From Neophaeotheca triangularis (Eukaryota), in assembly GCA_054600435.1 (NCBI GenBank), contig BAAIJX010000018.1, forward strand, positions 124,001 to 188,000: a DNA stretch of 64,000 nucleotides. The letters run 5' to 3'. Shown here one piece after another: positions 49,370 to 61,830 of this stretch. Position numbers and translations under genes: made by a program. The first letter of the stretch is position 1. Each line of letters opens with the position of its first letter. The notes beneath the pieces are model-generated. The model made no database searches. It had not been told where the DNA came from and saw only the letters and a program-made list of their open reading frames with translations.

Positions 49370-51704
49370 AATGGCAGCGCCACGCAGAACTCACAGCCAC
49401 GCGCATCATTCGATACCTGCCACCGCCGGTCGAGAACAACAACTCGAAGCGCCTGGATTTTCCTCCACTACAAACGATACCGCTGCCGTCTTTCAGCAAT
49501 CCCCAATTTCGATGGAGAACAAAGGAGACACATTTGCTACAAGCTTGGCGGATCGCGTAAAAGGTCGACGACGAGGCGCAACAAAGACTCCTGACAAAGA
49601 AAGCGTCCAACACCCGCTCATCTCAACCTTCACCACCTCATGGCAGCGCCCAAAAACAGACACTGGTCAATTTCGCAAGCGAGTGAAGCATCCAACGCCA
49701 GTCGAGAATACCAAAGCTGCCGTCCAACCTCCTCAGAAGCCGAACACGCAAAAGAAACCCAATCGTCGTCGCTCTGCGGGTCAGGACAAACAACACTCAC
49801 CGATGAACACCAGTCCGGTTGAGGTCGTCGAGGGTAGGGACACCTCCCCAGCGACGTCAGAAGCATCGACCATTATTAACCCGGATGTAGCTCAGCACTT
49901 CGGCTTGTCGATAGACAGACACCATGGCAAGCGCACTGCTAGCGACATCTCGCTCTCCACAAACGCTGCTCCGCCACCTAAGAGAGCGAGGCTTGATTCC
50001 ATGCTCCCAAGCGAACAGTTTCCTGCTGCGGAAGACGAGACGCAGAACACAGAGCAAGAGGAACTGAGCGAGCCAGCCTCTTCCCCATTGAGCGAGCTTG
50101 CAGATGAGGAGTTTGCAGAGCTCGAGGAAGCGGAGCTTGCAAGGTCCGAAGAGACACTCGCGAGTGAGGATATGGCTAGGAACACGCTGGAACGCCACTC
50201 TTTCTCTATTCTGGCCGCGTTGGGACAACCGAGTAGGCCAAGCAACACAACGGACTACGTCAGCCCCGACTTCTCACCACTCACACCTGCTGTAGGCTTC
50301 TTTACGGATCCTCCTGCGAGCAGTACACCTGTTGCGCAGGATGCTCTCAATTCCGGGCCAACGCCGAGCTTTGAGGGGCCCCTTCCGAGTGATGCTGCGA
50401 TTCGCGACAGTGTCGCCGCGCTGTGTGCTCCGACTTCGCCGGAAGTGGCCACTGGCACAGAGTTCGAACTCAGAGGCCATTCCAAGCGCATTTTCGAGCT
50501 GAGGAGAAAGGAAGAGATTGAGAACTGGAAGCCAGGAAGCATGGCCGGTCATTCAGAGGTCTCGATCCGCCCGTATCACGATGTCGAGGGGGACACGACG
50601 TTCCGCGACAAGGTCATTGGAGAGCTAGAGCCACAGGCAGTCTCCGAGGTTTCTGACGTGCAGCGCCGCCAAGCGAGACGGATTCTGGAACTCTTGCAGG
50701 TTGCACGGCCACCTGCTGAAGGAGAAGCCAGCTTCTTGAGTGGGCCTGAAGCCTCAGACCGCCTACATCCCGGGGTATTCGACGACTTCCCTATTTTCAC
50801 TGAGTCGCAGCAGCCCAGTCGCTTGCAATCCATCTCCGACTTTCTAGACGAGTTCTACGACGACGATGCGCGAGTCTCGATCCAGGATCCGGCGGCGTAT
50901 GAGACCGACACCGACGAAGGCGCAAAGCGTGCTACTAAGCATGCCTCGAAGAAGAAGAAAGTGCATGCAGTGCGTGAGGTGGCGGTTCGAGAGCTCAAGA
51001 AGCGGTTCGCTTCTCCGCTCAGCGACGGCAAACCTTGGAACTGCTTAGAGCTTGCGACTCCTGCCGACGATGGATACCGCCCTCAGTTTCTCAGCACTGA
51101 GGACTGCCGTCTACTTACCAAGCTCAAGATCCCGGGAGATGGCAAGAAGACGAGCAGGCGAGACTATCACGACGGCTACAAGGAGGTAGAAAAGTGGGCC
51201 TTGCTAGGGCAGGCCGCTCTCACTGAGCCACACCAGGACAGCCACGGTTACTCCACGTACATTACCGTCAACGAGGGCCTCGTCGGCTTCGGTTGGCTGT
51301 CGAACCCAACGGAGCACGAACGTGCCGAATGGGCAGATGACCCTGCGGGTTTCGTTGGCGGTCGCTGGCGCTTCGTGATTGTGAAACCCGGGCAGACCGT
51401 CTACTTCCCCGCTGGTACCGTGCACTTCGTCTTTCGCATGCCGTCCGGAGGCAACACCCTATCATTCGGTGGGCACGTGCTTCGCTGCTCTAACCTCGTC
51501 CACTGGATGAAAGTGCTCCGCGCAGAGAAGGAGAACAGGTTTATCACGAACGAGGACATGGGTCTGCAGCTGGTGCGGAACTATCTGGCTCGCGTAGAGC
51601 GCTTTGTCAAGCAGGGGGAGAAGCAAGGCAAGCTCGACAAATGGGGTGGCGAGGTTGCGGTGCAGGAGTTTTTGGCTCTGAAGAAGGGTTTCATCAAGCG
51701 TTGA
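49370..51704 (+). CDS. JmjC-domain Fe(II)/2-oxoglutarate oxygenase-like protein with long disordered N-terminus
   Basis: PWNCLEL, ALTEPHQDSHG (HxD), PGQTVYFPAGTVHFVF (distal His) and SFGGHVL. The start is uncertain. Confidence 0.8.
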
Positions 51705-52297
51705 GCCTCTCTCTCCCTCCACGTACAGCATCAATCAGCTCAACGACTAATCTTGCAACAGGCTGGACGGGCGAACCGTGAAGGGCTGTACAGCGGCGGA
51801 CGATGAGTTACAGGCATCGCAAGCGTTTCGATGGCACCGACGGACTATGGAGGGTGGGTTTTCACATGAACTGAACAAGCAGGTGGCAGGCAAGTGCAAC
51901 GACAATGATAGCGATACTGAGCGAGGTGTTCGCGGAGCGTTGACATCGAACGTTTTCAGAACTTGAAGCAGGTAGTTTGTGCGTATGTTCAAAAGGAATC
52001 CTTTATAATCGGTGCATTTTCATCGCGACTTTCCACATGCTTCTGGGTGTCAGGTATATGCGACTTCAGACCTCACTACTGACGTTCTGTGCTAGGCACC
52101 CGGCGCTATTTTTGATAGAAGATGATGCATGAGAGTATAGATGGCATTGCTATACAGTATCTACATTCTTTCCGCGAGGCAAATCGTCGTTATATGTATC
52201 ATTACCATTCCCAAGGCGAGTCGTAGCTCAAGCCTGTCAAGTCCCAAGCAGCCCCAGCGCCTCACTATAAACAACCTATTCCCCACCTCCCCCCTAC

Positions 52298-53833
52298 CTA
52301 AAGCCTGAGATTCCCAATCGAGTCAATTGCAAGCTGCAATTCCCTCTGCATTTCCATCTTCTCCCTTTTCAAGACCAAATTCTCCCCCTTGAGCTGCTCA
52401 ACCACCGCCCAATCCTGGCTACCGGCCCCAGTAGTCCTAGCACTCACAGCGGGACCCTTCTCCTCCGGCCTCCGCACCGTCCCATGCCTCTGCACATCAC
52501 CCCCTCTGTACTCCGAAATAGTCATGGCCACCGCAGGCGGAGGTAAAGGAGTCTGCTGCCCACTGCCATTCGGACTCACGGCCCGGGAAGCAAGCGAAGC
52601 ATTATCGACATCGACATCCGACTCGAAGCCCGAATCGGACCCGTGATGCGAGCCCGCTGACGTCCGCTTCCTCCGGCGCGGCGTGTTATCATCGTCTTCG
52701 CCGTCACCAGCCGCACACTCACACCCCTGATCACGACAAGGGCTGACAGGGCGAATGGTGCGGCTCGCCTCGACGGCCTCCATGGCCCTCGCGCTCTTCT
52801 CCTTCTCCGTGGCAATCTGCGCCGCCATCTCCCGCATCGCCGTATCCTGCTCTTGACTGCGAAAGCTCATGGCATCGAGCTGTTCCTTCAGCAGGCGGGA
52901 TTGCGTGCGCGAGGCTTCGAGCACTTCGCGCTGCTCGTCGAGTTCGGGCTGCATGTTGGCTATGTACTCGCACTTCTCGCGGTAGGCGGATTGCGTGCGT
53001 TCGAGGAGCGCGGTTGCGTTGGTCAGGAGCTCGTTGAAGGCGGTCGGGGAGCAATTGTCTGCGGGCCCGTTGGGGAAGAGGGCAGTGGGGATGTTCATGT
53101 CGGTGATTTCGTCGCGTATGGGGCTTGCTGGGGCTGGACGTGGTTGCGGTTGTGGAGCCACGGAGGCTCGTTTGGGCCACCATGAGGTTTTGGACTCAGA
53201 TTTTGTGGGGGTGGTGGTGGTGGTGGTGGTGGTGTTGGCTGTCTGAGTCGTGCTTTGTCTCTTCAACCAGGCGGCGGGCCGCTCGGTGAAGGTGGGCTTG
53301 TACTCGGGCATGGAGAAAGGATCTTCTCTGTCTTCTTTGGTAGGCGAGGAGGGAGGGATACCCAGTCTCACGGGTGCTGACTCTCCGCTGAACAAGTCGC
53401 CAAATAGCCTGTTCTGGGGTCTTGTGTGCTGCTGCGGTGACTGTTGAGGAGCCTCTTCTGGAGCGTTGGCGTTGGCACTTGCTTTGGAGACGAAAGCAGC
53501 GAATGAAGACTTTGCCCTCGAGTGTAGGACGCTTTTTGATCGATTCAGCCCGGCGGCAGACGGTTGAGCATTGGAGACGGCAGAGAGTAAGCGCTGTCCG
53601 AGAGGTTGCCTTGTCGGCGTTGTTGAAGCAGAAGCTAGGGCACTATCCTCGAGGGAGTATCGTACTGCTTGCCCGTCGTCGACGATGTTACCTCCAGCTC
53701 CACGATAAGATGTGCTCGAGGGGGACGAGTCCGGGGAGTATAAGGATGGGGTGGTGGATTGAGTGCGGCCATGACGAGGGCGATGTAACAGTGCAGGTTG
53801 GATTTCCTGTATCATGGGGTGAGGTGCAGACAT
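52298..53833 (-). CDS. Hypothetical protein, Ser/Pro-rich with coiled-coil segments
   Basis: 511-codon ORF with Kozak-like ACC-ATG, containing LFPNGPAD..SPTAFNELL.NA..LL and SDSGFESD. No function recognised. Confidence 0.75.
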   Translation of the reverse strand: MSAPHPMIQEIQPALLHRPRHGRTQSTTPSLYSPDSSPSSTSYRGAGGNIVDDGQAVRYSLEDSALASASTTPTRQPLGQRLLSAVSNAQPSAAGLNRSKSVLHSRAKSSFAAFVSKASANANAPEEAPQQSPQQHTRPQNRLFGDLFSGESAPVRLGIPPSSPTKEDREDPFSMPEYKPTFTERPAAWLKRQSTTQTANTTTTTTTTPTKSESKTSWWPKRASVAPQPQPRPAPASPIRDEITDMNIPTALFPNGPADNCSPTAFNELLTNATALLERTQSAYREKCEYIANMQPELDEQREVLEASRTQSRLLKEQLDAMSFRSQEQDTAMREMAAQIATEKEKSARAMEAVEASRTIRPVSPCRDQGCECAAGDGEDDDNTPRRRKRTSAGSHHGSDSGFESDVDVDNASLASRAVSPNGSGQQTPLPPPAVAMTISEYRGGDVQRHGTVRRPEEKGPAVSARTTGAGSQDWAVVEQLKGENLVLKREKMEMQRELQLAIDSIGNLRL

Positions 53834-54946
53834 GGTGGGTACTTTTGCTGTCCGCCGGATATGCTTGGGGGGAATTGAGTTTGGGGTGCCCCTCTCGAGC
53901 TGTGCTAGGTAAAGGTGCTAAGTACTTGGTAGCTGTTCGTTGGACTTTGAGTGGGACAAGGTGGATGATGGTAGTAACAATAGGTGAGTGTCGAGAAAGG
54001 AATGTGAAGGAAACTAAAGATAATAATGAGATTGTGAACAAGTGCGTGTCAATGGACAGTTTCGTAACCGGTTTCAGGCCCTGCCACCGGAATTGACAGT
54101 GCAAGAATAATAATGGTAATATCATTATATGTGAGGCTGGAGTTGAGTCTGTGTGGCTGGCTGGCATGACGACTGCGCAATCTGACCAGACAGTGCACAT
54201 CTTCACCTTTTACGTCTACGACTTCTACATCTTTACCCATCGTGTCTTGCCATTTTACCGATTCGACAATAGTCGATTCCGATTTCACGCGTTGTGTCGT
54301 GACCATCTTGTAGCCGGTGATGAACATCCCACAAGGGTCAGTGTTGGAGTCCGACTTCACAATGTACCTACCTACTTCTGTCCACAGGGCATCCTGTGAC
54401 TTCACGGTTCTACTACTCGAGGGCCTTACATCCCTCAACGAGTTCCTCGAAGGGATGGTGCTATGTTGTTAGTAGCGAGTGCTTGCTTGAGCTCACTACA
54501 GTAGACAAGTGCCGAGAGAGAGATTGATAGAGATCGGGCATTTGTGAACGCGCTTCCGAAGCCAGCTGAATGAAAGTATGTAGAGCTAGCTAAGCAGGTA
54601 ATCTTCCTAGCCACTGCGAACTTCGCCAATCTAAAGCATGCAATTCGTATCCGTTTGGTCCAACGCTTGCCAAAGCACTGGTTCTCTGTCTCGATCCGAC
54701 CCGACCACTACACGAGGGTGACGACTGGACATTGTCCGGCCGTCACGCTTACTCTTTTCCTGCGATGGTCGGGCCGTGGGGTTAAACTCGAACCGACGCT
54801 AGACGGAGCAGGACTTGAATGCCGATGCGATGGAAGGGTTGACAGCACCACTGGGATGACGGCTTAGCTGGTAGAGCAAGGGTCGCGGCCTGAAATTGAG
54901 GGTCGCGATTCATCGTCACGGTGCGTTCCTTGCGGCGGTGCTCTGA

Positions 54947-55000
54947 CTTGGGGCATGTTAGTAGAAGGCTTGACGAGCTATGCAGAAGCATAATACTGAC
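54947..55000 (-). other. Putative 54-nt 3'UTR intron of eRF1
   Basis: On the minus strand GTCAGT...CTAAC ATGCCCCAAG, about 230 nt downstream of the eRF1 stop. Confidence 0.7.
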
Positions 55001-55231
55001 AGCAGAGCCCTTCTTCGAGGCGTAAGACGAGCCAGTAAGTGGAGTAGCCTGCAGTCTATGCTCCGGGCCAGCGTTCACCGTCACTGGCTCAATCAATGTA
55101 CGTTCTGTCTCTTCGGCTGCCGAAACAATAGCAGTCGCAGCATTCTCTTGCTGCGGCCGAAGCGCCGTCAAGTCGCTGTCTGAAGACAGGCCTGGGGTCG
55201 GCGCCTCGCTCTTTGCGAGGTTGCGAAATTG

Positions 55232-56590
55232 TCAATCTGAATTTCTATTGTTAGTAGTGTCGGGTGTCCAAGGAATGCCAATCATCATACCGTCGTAGAA
55301 CTCGTCATCGTCACTCAGCTCGGCCAGCTGCTCAAAGTTGAGCTTGTATCGCATAATGGCACCGATACCACCGAAGCCCTTGACGAACTGGTTGCCCTCG
55401 GAAGAACGGTCGGAAACGAACTCGAGGGTGGCGCCAAATTCGTGATAGTGCTCTGCAAGCCATTCGAGGAAAGGCATTTGGTCGACAATCTCCATCTCTT
55501 GGCCGGTTTCCTTGTCCATGAAGAGGCTGCGGTCGTTCTCTTGGATCTTGGTGGTGTGGAGGGTGATTTGCGAGCCTTCGCTGCTCTTGAGTTCCCAGCG
55601 GGTAATCTCCAAGTTCTCAAAGATGATGAGCGTCTCTGCGGCACCTGCCTCCATTGCCTTGAGGGTATCTTCGATACCGTAGCACACTTTACCACTGTCG
55701 ACACTGATCTCATCAAAGTACTTGTTGATGAGCTTCTTCTCCTGAATGAACTTGACGTTGCTCAGAGTCTCTGCAGACAACTCGATAGCCTGGTTGAAAC
55801 CGTTCTCTCCGCCGTAAGAGACGTCGACAATCTTGATGACCTTGGTCTGCAGACGAGGGTCGAACAAATCCGACTGGTTGAGGTCGTTCTTGAAGTCTGC
55901 ACTACCAGCCAGAATGAGACCAGCGCAGTTGCATTTGTCGTTGGTGATGAAGTTTTGCACCGCCAATTCGGCAACCTTTCGGACGTAGTTGTGACGCTTT
56001 TCCTCTCGCAGACGAGCGAAACGCAGAGCGGATTGACCACCACGGCCGTGCTTCTTGGGCAAGTCGACGGAGAACTTGTGAACAACATCGCGAGTGTTTC
56101 CGGAAAGCGTACCGAATAGAGCACCATTGCCGTCCATGATGATGAAGCCAAATTTTTGGTCAGACTCGAGCAACTCGCTCAGCGCTTCGGTGTGGAATTT
56201 GTTGTCACAGAGGTAGAGGGAGGTGTTGATGGGCTTGAAAGGCTCAAAGTCGATGTTTATCTTCCTCTCTTTTCCTTCGCTCGTGATAATTTCACCACAG
56301 TATACGACCAAGCCGTTCGGAGGGACCTTGCTGTACAGCTTGAGGCGCTGCTGTGTGGAGGTAATGGCCGAGAGGACGGAAAGACGGTTGACTCGGGACT
56401 TGATGTTGGAGGCGGTACCGAACTCTTCAGCCAACATTTTGGCGGCGCGAGAAACCTGGTCTTTGGGAGGAATAATGAGGGAAATCATGGAGGTTCCGTT
56501 GCCGCGCGCGGCTTCCAGACGCTTGATCAGCTTCTTGACCTTCCAGATCTCAATATTCTTTTCCGCATCGTTTGGTTGAGGGGCGGACAT
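55232..56590 (-). CDS. SUP45: Eukaryotic peptide chain release factor eRF1
   Basis: [29 protein letters not shown] and GFGGIG. A terminal intron at 55237-55290 gives ...DDDEFYDD*. Confidence 0.98.
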   Translation of the reverse strand: MSAPQPNDAEKNIEIWKVKKLIKRLEAARGNGTSMISLIIPPKDQVSRAAKMLAEEFGTASNIKSRVNRLSVLSAITSTQQRLKLYSKVPPNGLVVYCGEIITSEGKERKINIDFEPFKPINTSLYLCDNKFHTEALSELLESDQKFGFIIMDGNGALFGTLSGNTRDVVHKFSVDLPKKHGRGGQSALRFARLREEKRHNYVRKVAELAVQNFITNDKCNCAGLILAGSADFKNDLNQSDLFDPRLQTKVIKIVDVSYGGENGFNQAIELSAETLSNVKFIQEKKLINKYFDEISVDSGKVCYGIEDTLKAMEAGAAETLIIFENLEITRWELKSSEGSQITLHTTKIQENDRSLFMDKETGQEMEIVDQMPFLEWLAEHYHEFGATLEFVSDRSSEGNQFVKGFGGIGAIMRYKLNFEQLAELSDDDEFYDGMMIGIPWTPDTTNNRNSD

Positions 56591-57276
56591 GGTGGCGGAA
56601 GGGGAGCGAAGTGTCGCTCACTGCAGGGGTTTGTCAGAAAGTCGGAGGTTGTAGGGGAGGAGGAAGTCGAGGTGAAGTGAAATCGGTGGGGAAAGATTTG
56701 TATCGGCTCTCAGCTCAACACGTGCCGTGGGGATACGCCTGCCAAGGCTAAGGGTATTAAACGATTGTTGGACGGGCAGCTAGGTACCTTATGAAGCGCA
56801 GGCGGTTACTCACAATAATGACTGTGCCTTTGGGTCACGAGGAGCAATCTGTCACACCGGACGTTGATCAATCCTCGCGCGGTCCATAGGTGGTCACGGA
56901 GGTAAAGTTCGAATTCGGTGTGTACAGTATGTACTTGTATGCATTCGTATCGTACTGCTCCAGGGCTGTGGAAAACACTGCGTCATTCGCTGCTCCCTGA
57001 GGTGTGCCTGAGGTGGGCTGTGCGGGCGGCTCAGGTGTTGAATGTTGTTGCCTTAAGGAATAAGGCAGCATTCCACGGAAAGCGAGGTCGGCCCCACCCG
57101 TCTCTTTGTTCCGTCCCGTCTCTACAGCTTTTTCTCCTTATCTTGGCGTTGGCGAGACAAGACATGATAGGTACATAAAGTAGTAGGTATGACTATCGTA
57201 TATTATTATTTATTGATTATCACCGTTAACTTACGTTGTTCACGTCGTTGAACCGTAACTTGACAGCTCTCGTGAT

Positions 57277-57335
57277 ATCTATCTATCTTTTTATCTATCT
57301 ATCTGTCTATCTATCTATCTATCTATCTATCTATC
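57277..57335. repeat. (CTAT)n microsatellite
   Basis: atctatctatct...ctatctatctatctatctatctatc in the eRF1-AVT1 divergent intergenic region. Confidence 0.85.
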
Positions 57336-57980
57336 CGCCTTTTTTGATACCGCCCCCAATCTATCTCAGTACCTTGTCCGTCTCCCGGCCGTCGTGACAG
57401 TGCGATATTATTGCAAGACCTTGCCAACACAAACTCGATCCCCGCGCCCGCCCACGGCTAACTTAACTACCAGGTACAGTACCTACAGGTACCTACCTAG
57501 TACTAGGGCAAGTCACCTTGTCTTGCGCTATCATGGCAATCACCCGCCGCGAGTCTTGGAAGGCGTGAAATTTCGCGGAGCAGCTCAGTAGCCCGTGCTA
57601 GTACCTCCTGCTGCTAGGTAGTAGGCCCGCGAATAGCCAGCCCAGCACTTTCTCGATAAGGCGCTCGTCTAAAACGAGGTAGGACGTACTTTCTTTCAAT
57701 GCTTGTCAACCCTACTACTACATACTAGTAGTACTCTAGGTAATATCTTTACCCTGCCCTGCTTAACCTTGCTGGATCCCTTTCTGTTTCAACGAATGTC
57801 TTCGCTGCCATCTTCGTTAACTACATGACTATGCTATTCCCCGCATGAACGAAAGCTTCAGGAGCTCGACTACCTTGAACTCTACCGAGTCTACGCCGAC
57901 CACAAGAGCCACGCTACCTTCTAACCTAGGGCACAGGACTGAAAACACACTCGGGCGTAGTGACATTCACCACAAGAGAA

Positions 57981-60023
57981 ATGCCCTCTGGAAGGCAGCA
58001 GTTGCCAGCCAGTTGGGCCGCCTACGAACGAGGTGGGAGAGACCATTCGTCCGACTCGGGTCTCTCCCACAACCGCATCCACTTCGACGATGACGGCCCA
58101 GACAATCAACCCGCCGCCCATCATGACCATTTACGGCCCTCCGCGGCTGCAAACGATGTCCAGGACAGAACGCACGACATGAGGCATAGAAGATCTTCCA
58201 TGGGCATGCGCATCAATTCTTTACGGCAGGCTGGTGGTGTGAATAGCGTGGATAACTTTGCCCGATCATGGCAGAGAGCAGCAGGCTTTTACGAGATCAC
58301 ACCGGCCAGGAGGAGCTTCATGTACGCCGACGAGGACAACGCCGATCCACAATACCAGAGAAACGAGGTGACGGGGACGTCTGGTCAAGACCAGTTGTCG
58401 CTCTTGAGAAAGGCTTTGACAGAGGAAGGCACAAGGAAAGGGACAGATGATGCTGTAGAGGATGGAGAGCCGGTAGGGTCTTCGCAGGCTGGTAGCTCTG
58501 GGGACGACACCGTTCGAGGCGAACGGCAACCTCTTCTGCAGGAGCGGATCGCACGTGCTCGAGACGACAGCATCTTCTCTATTGAGCCATCATTGGGATC
58601 GGTGTTTGGTGGCAGCTACGGAACCGCTTACGGATCACTCGCCTCTCGCGTCAACGAGCCCTCTATGCGACACGCAGGCCGCCTCTTCCGTCAACAGCAG
58701 ATGTCAGGTGTGACTGAGCCAGACAAGGAAAGGGAGCCATTGCTTGTGAAGAGAATCGAAGAAGACGATGGCAAAGTTGTCAGCGTGGTCGTGGGACAAT
58801 CTACCTTGCCACAAACCATCTTCAACGCGGTCAATGTACTCATTGGCATTGGCCTGCTTGCTCTACCCCTGGCCCTCAAATACAGCGGTTGGGTCCCCGG
58901 CTTGATATTTCTCACTTTCGCGGCCGCCATTACAAGCTACACGGCCAAGCTACTCGCCAAATGTCTCGATGTTGACAGTAGCCTTGTTACCTTTGCCGAC
59001 CTTGCATACGTTTCCTTCGGCCCAGGCGCACGGATAGCAACCTCGATCCTTTTCTCACTGGAACTACTGGCGACTTGCGTAGCGCTCGTGGTACTCTTCG
59101 CTGACAGCCTTGATGCTTTAATACCAGGCTGGGGCTTGACCGAATGGAAAATTGTCTGCGGCATCATTCTCATCCCACTCGCCTTCCTGCCTCTGCGGCT
59201 GCTATCCTTTACGAGTGTTCTCGGCATCATCTGCTGCTTCTCGATCGTGTTCGCAGTCTTTATCGACGGCCTGATCAAACCCCACCAACCAGGCTCCCTC
59301 ATCTCGCCCGCTCCAACCCACCTCTTCCCCTCAAACTGGCTCACCCTTCCCCTCTCCTTCGGCCTACTGATGTCCCCCTGGGGTGGCCACAGCGTCTTCC
59401 CAAACATCTATCGCGACATGCGCCACCCGCACAAATACCGCAAAAGCGTCGACATTACCTACAGCTTCACCTTCCTGCTCGACATGTTCATGGCCGTGGT
59501 AGGCCTGCTCATGTTCGGCGACGGCATCAAAGACGAGGTCACCCGCAACATCCTCGAGTCCAAGGAAGGCTACCCGGAATGGCTCTCCGTCTTCATCGTC
59601 ATCTGCGTCGCAATCATCCCACTGACCAAGGTCCCGCTCAACGCCCGCCCCATCGTCTCCACCCTCGAGCTCTTCCTCGGCCTTGACGCCCGCGCCATGT
59701 CACCCAATCAAACTCTCAACGGCTTAAGCGGTTTCACAAGGGGTATACTCAAGACCACTGTGCGCATAGGTTGCACGGTGCTCTTCGTCATTCTCGCCAT
59801 CTTGTTCCCGCAATTCGACACGATTATGAGCCTGTTGGGCGCGGTTGCGTGCTTTACCATTTGCATTATCCTGCCCCTAGCTTTCCACCTCAAGCTTTTT
59901 GGCGATCAGTTGAGCCGCTGGGAAAAGTTTCGCGACTGGACTATGATCGTCGTTAGCACGGTGTTGGCGGTTGTTGCCACTGCGGTCAATTTTGTGCCTA
60001 GGGAGAAGTTGGGGCTACAGTAG
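57981..60023 (+). CDS. AVT1: Vacuolar amino acid transporter (AAAP family, Avt1-like)
   Basis: GGVNSVDNFARSWQRAAGF N-terminus, GQSTLPQTIFNAVNVLIGIGLLALP, WGGHSVFPNIYRDMRHP and about 11 TM segments. Confidence 0.9.
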   Translation: MPSGRQQLPASWAAYERGGRDHSSDSGLSHNRIHFDDDGPDNQPAAHHDHLRPSAAANDVQDRTHDMRHRRSSMGMRINSLRQAGGVNSVDNFARSWQRAAGFYEITPARRSFMYADEDNADPQYQRNEVTGTSGQDQLSLLRKALTEEGTRKGTDDAVEDGEPVGSSQAGSSGDDTVRGERQPLLQERIARARDDSIFSIEPSLGSVFGGSYGTAYGSLASRVNEPSMRHAGRLFRQQQMSGVTEPDKEREPLLVKRIEEDDGKVVSVVVGQSTLPQTIFNAVNVLIGIGLLALPLALKYSGWVPGLIFLTFAAAITSYTAKLLAKCLDVDSSLVTFADLAYVSFGPGARIATSILFSLELLATCVALVVLFADSLDALIPGWGLTEWKIVCGIILIPLAFLPLRLLSFTSVLGIICCFSIVFAVFIDGLIKPHQPGSLISPAPTHLFPSNWLTLPLSFGLLMSPWGGHSVFPNIYRDMRHPHKYRKSVDITYSFTFLLDMFMAVVGLLMFGDGIKDEVTRNILESKEGYPEWLSVFIVICVAIIPLTKVPLNARPIVSTLELFLGLDARAMSPNQTLNGLSGFTRGILKTTVRIGCTVLFVILAILFPQFDTIMSLLGAVACFTICIILPLAFHLKLFGDQLSRWEKFRDWTMIVVSTVLAVVATAVNFVPREKLGLQ

Positions 60024-60482
60024 AGCATTTGATTGCGCTTTTTCCTTAATCGAGAAGTAGATGGGGTGCTGAGGGTGCTTGTTTTGTGTAGATGTGTATA
60101 GATGAGACTGTATATAATTGTTCTGTTGAGATGATATTAATATATCACCCCCGGCCGATATTCAAGATACTTACCTTGGTAACGAGTGCCGGAGGTTTCG
60201 TGGCAGGAAGGGGAGGGCCTTTCCTCCTGTACTGACCTCATATACGGGTAGCCACGACGGCGTGTTACTAGTAGTGCTGGGAGACTCACCGCCAGACTCA
60301 CCAAGGTACAGTAAGATATCCTCCGAAAGATACAAACCCACCTTACCCTGGACCCAACCATCTTTAGCACAGCGCAAACACCAATCCAAACGCAGCACCA
60401 CTCTCCAACACCCCCAACAGCCCACACAACCCGCCCAGACCCAAGCAACCCAACTCCGCCGCCCATACCCCCAACCAAAACA

Positions 60483-61163
60483 ATGCTCATCTACCTCCTC
60501 GCCCACCCTCTAGCCCTCTGGCTAAGCTACAGCTTCACCCACCTCTACTCCCGCCTCCCGACAAACAAACCCCAAACAACACCCACCTCACAGCTCGACC
60601 GCGCCACCAACAACTCAACCGACCCAACCACCGACCCCGAGCCCCAATCCCAAGCCCCAGCCTCAACCTCCCCTCACCGCTTCCCGAGCCTACCAACCCT
60701 CCCCGCCAACTCGGAAACAGTTCTGCGCGTTTTGGTCTTGCAAGCGGCTTTCGTTGTCGTCTGTTTCGTTTTCCGGCGTGGGAAGAGTGCTGCCTGGGGT
60801 TGGAGGAGACGAGTCGGTGTTCTTTACGTAAGTTGGTGGGGTGCTGTGCTGCTGCATTTGGTCTGGGTGATGGTGGTTGTGCCTGGGTTTGGGGGGTTGG
60901 GTGAGTTGTGGGGTATAGGAAAGTGGTTTGGGTGCGAGGCTGGGAGGGGGGAGGTGGGGGCTTTTGGCTTGCTCCCTGGGGGGATAGGTGAGGCTGAGGC
61001 GGTGCGCATGGTGCAAGCGCCGGTCGTGGAGGATATGGAGTGGGCGAGAGTGGCGCAGGTGGGGTGGGCGAGGGTGGCGGAGGGGTTGCAGAGGGGCCCC
61101 GGGTGCGGGAATTTTGGAGAGATTCTCGACTGTGCGTGGCATGGAGGGTTGCCCTGGTTGTAG
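60483..61163 (+). CDS. Hypothetical small membrane protein
   Basis: 226-codon ORF with 2-3 hydrophobic stretches and a C-rich-to-G-rich skew like neighbouring genes. No homology recognised. Confidence 0.4.
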   Translation: MLIYLLAHPLALWLSYSFTHLYSRLPTNKPQTTPTSQLDRATNNSTDPTTDPEPQSQAPASTSPHRFPSLPTLPANSETVLRVLVLQAAFVVVCFVFRRGKSAAWGWRRRVGVLYVSWWGAVLLHLVWVMVVVPGFGGLGELWGIGKWFGCEAGRGEVGAFGLLPGGIGEAEAVRMVQAPVVEDMEWARVAQVGWARVAEGLQRGPGCGNFGEILDCAWHGGLPWL

Positions 61164-61830
61164 AGAAGTTATGGTGTGGTCGGTTATTGGTATCAGTGGG
61201 TTTGGTGGGTTGGGGTCAGGCTTTCTTTGAGTGGATGCATGGCTTTAGGGAGGGGAGACGGAGCGAAGGGGTGAGCAGAGTGAGTAGAAGACGGAGTAGT
61301 AGACAGAGGTAAAGGGGCCACTACCACAGCAAGTTGGCCCTTATACATGCATTTCCCTGGAGCTGACGTCCCCTAGGCAATACTAGGTAGGAGGTAGTGT
61401 TGGGAGCGCAAGCTTTGTCAGGAGTGACTTTGGGATGTTAAACGTTACCCTACTACCAGCCTTGCCTCCATTGATTGCCATAACGCCTTCCTCTTCCTCT
61501 TCCTCGTGAACATGAGGTTGAAACGTAGAGGGAGTGTCTGCTCGAAATTGGAGCCTTGGCAGTTATGATCTCTACGAACGGACAACAGATGAGCGAATCG
61601 TCAAATCGACTTCCGCCTTCGCCCCGGCCTCGGCATCGTGAGTTCTGTGATAATACCGATAGTGGCCGATCACTACGGACTTCATCCCGAGAAGAATCAA
61701 ACAAGCTGTCACGATGAATGTCAATACCAAAATAATTCTCCTTAAGCGACCAAAATTCAAGTATTAGTTTTCGTAGCTGAGGCGAGGAACTGACGCTGGA
61801 CATTCACTTGCTGCATACAGCACATCCATC

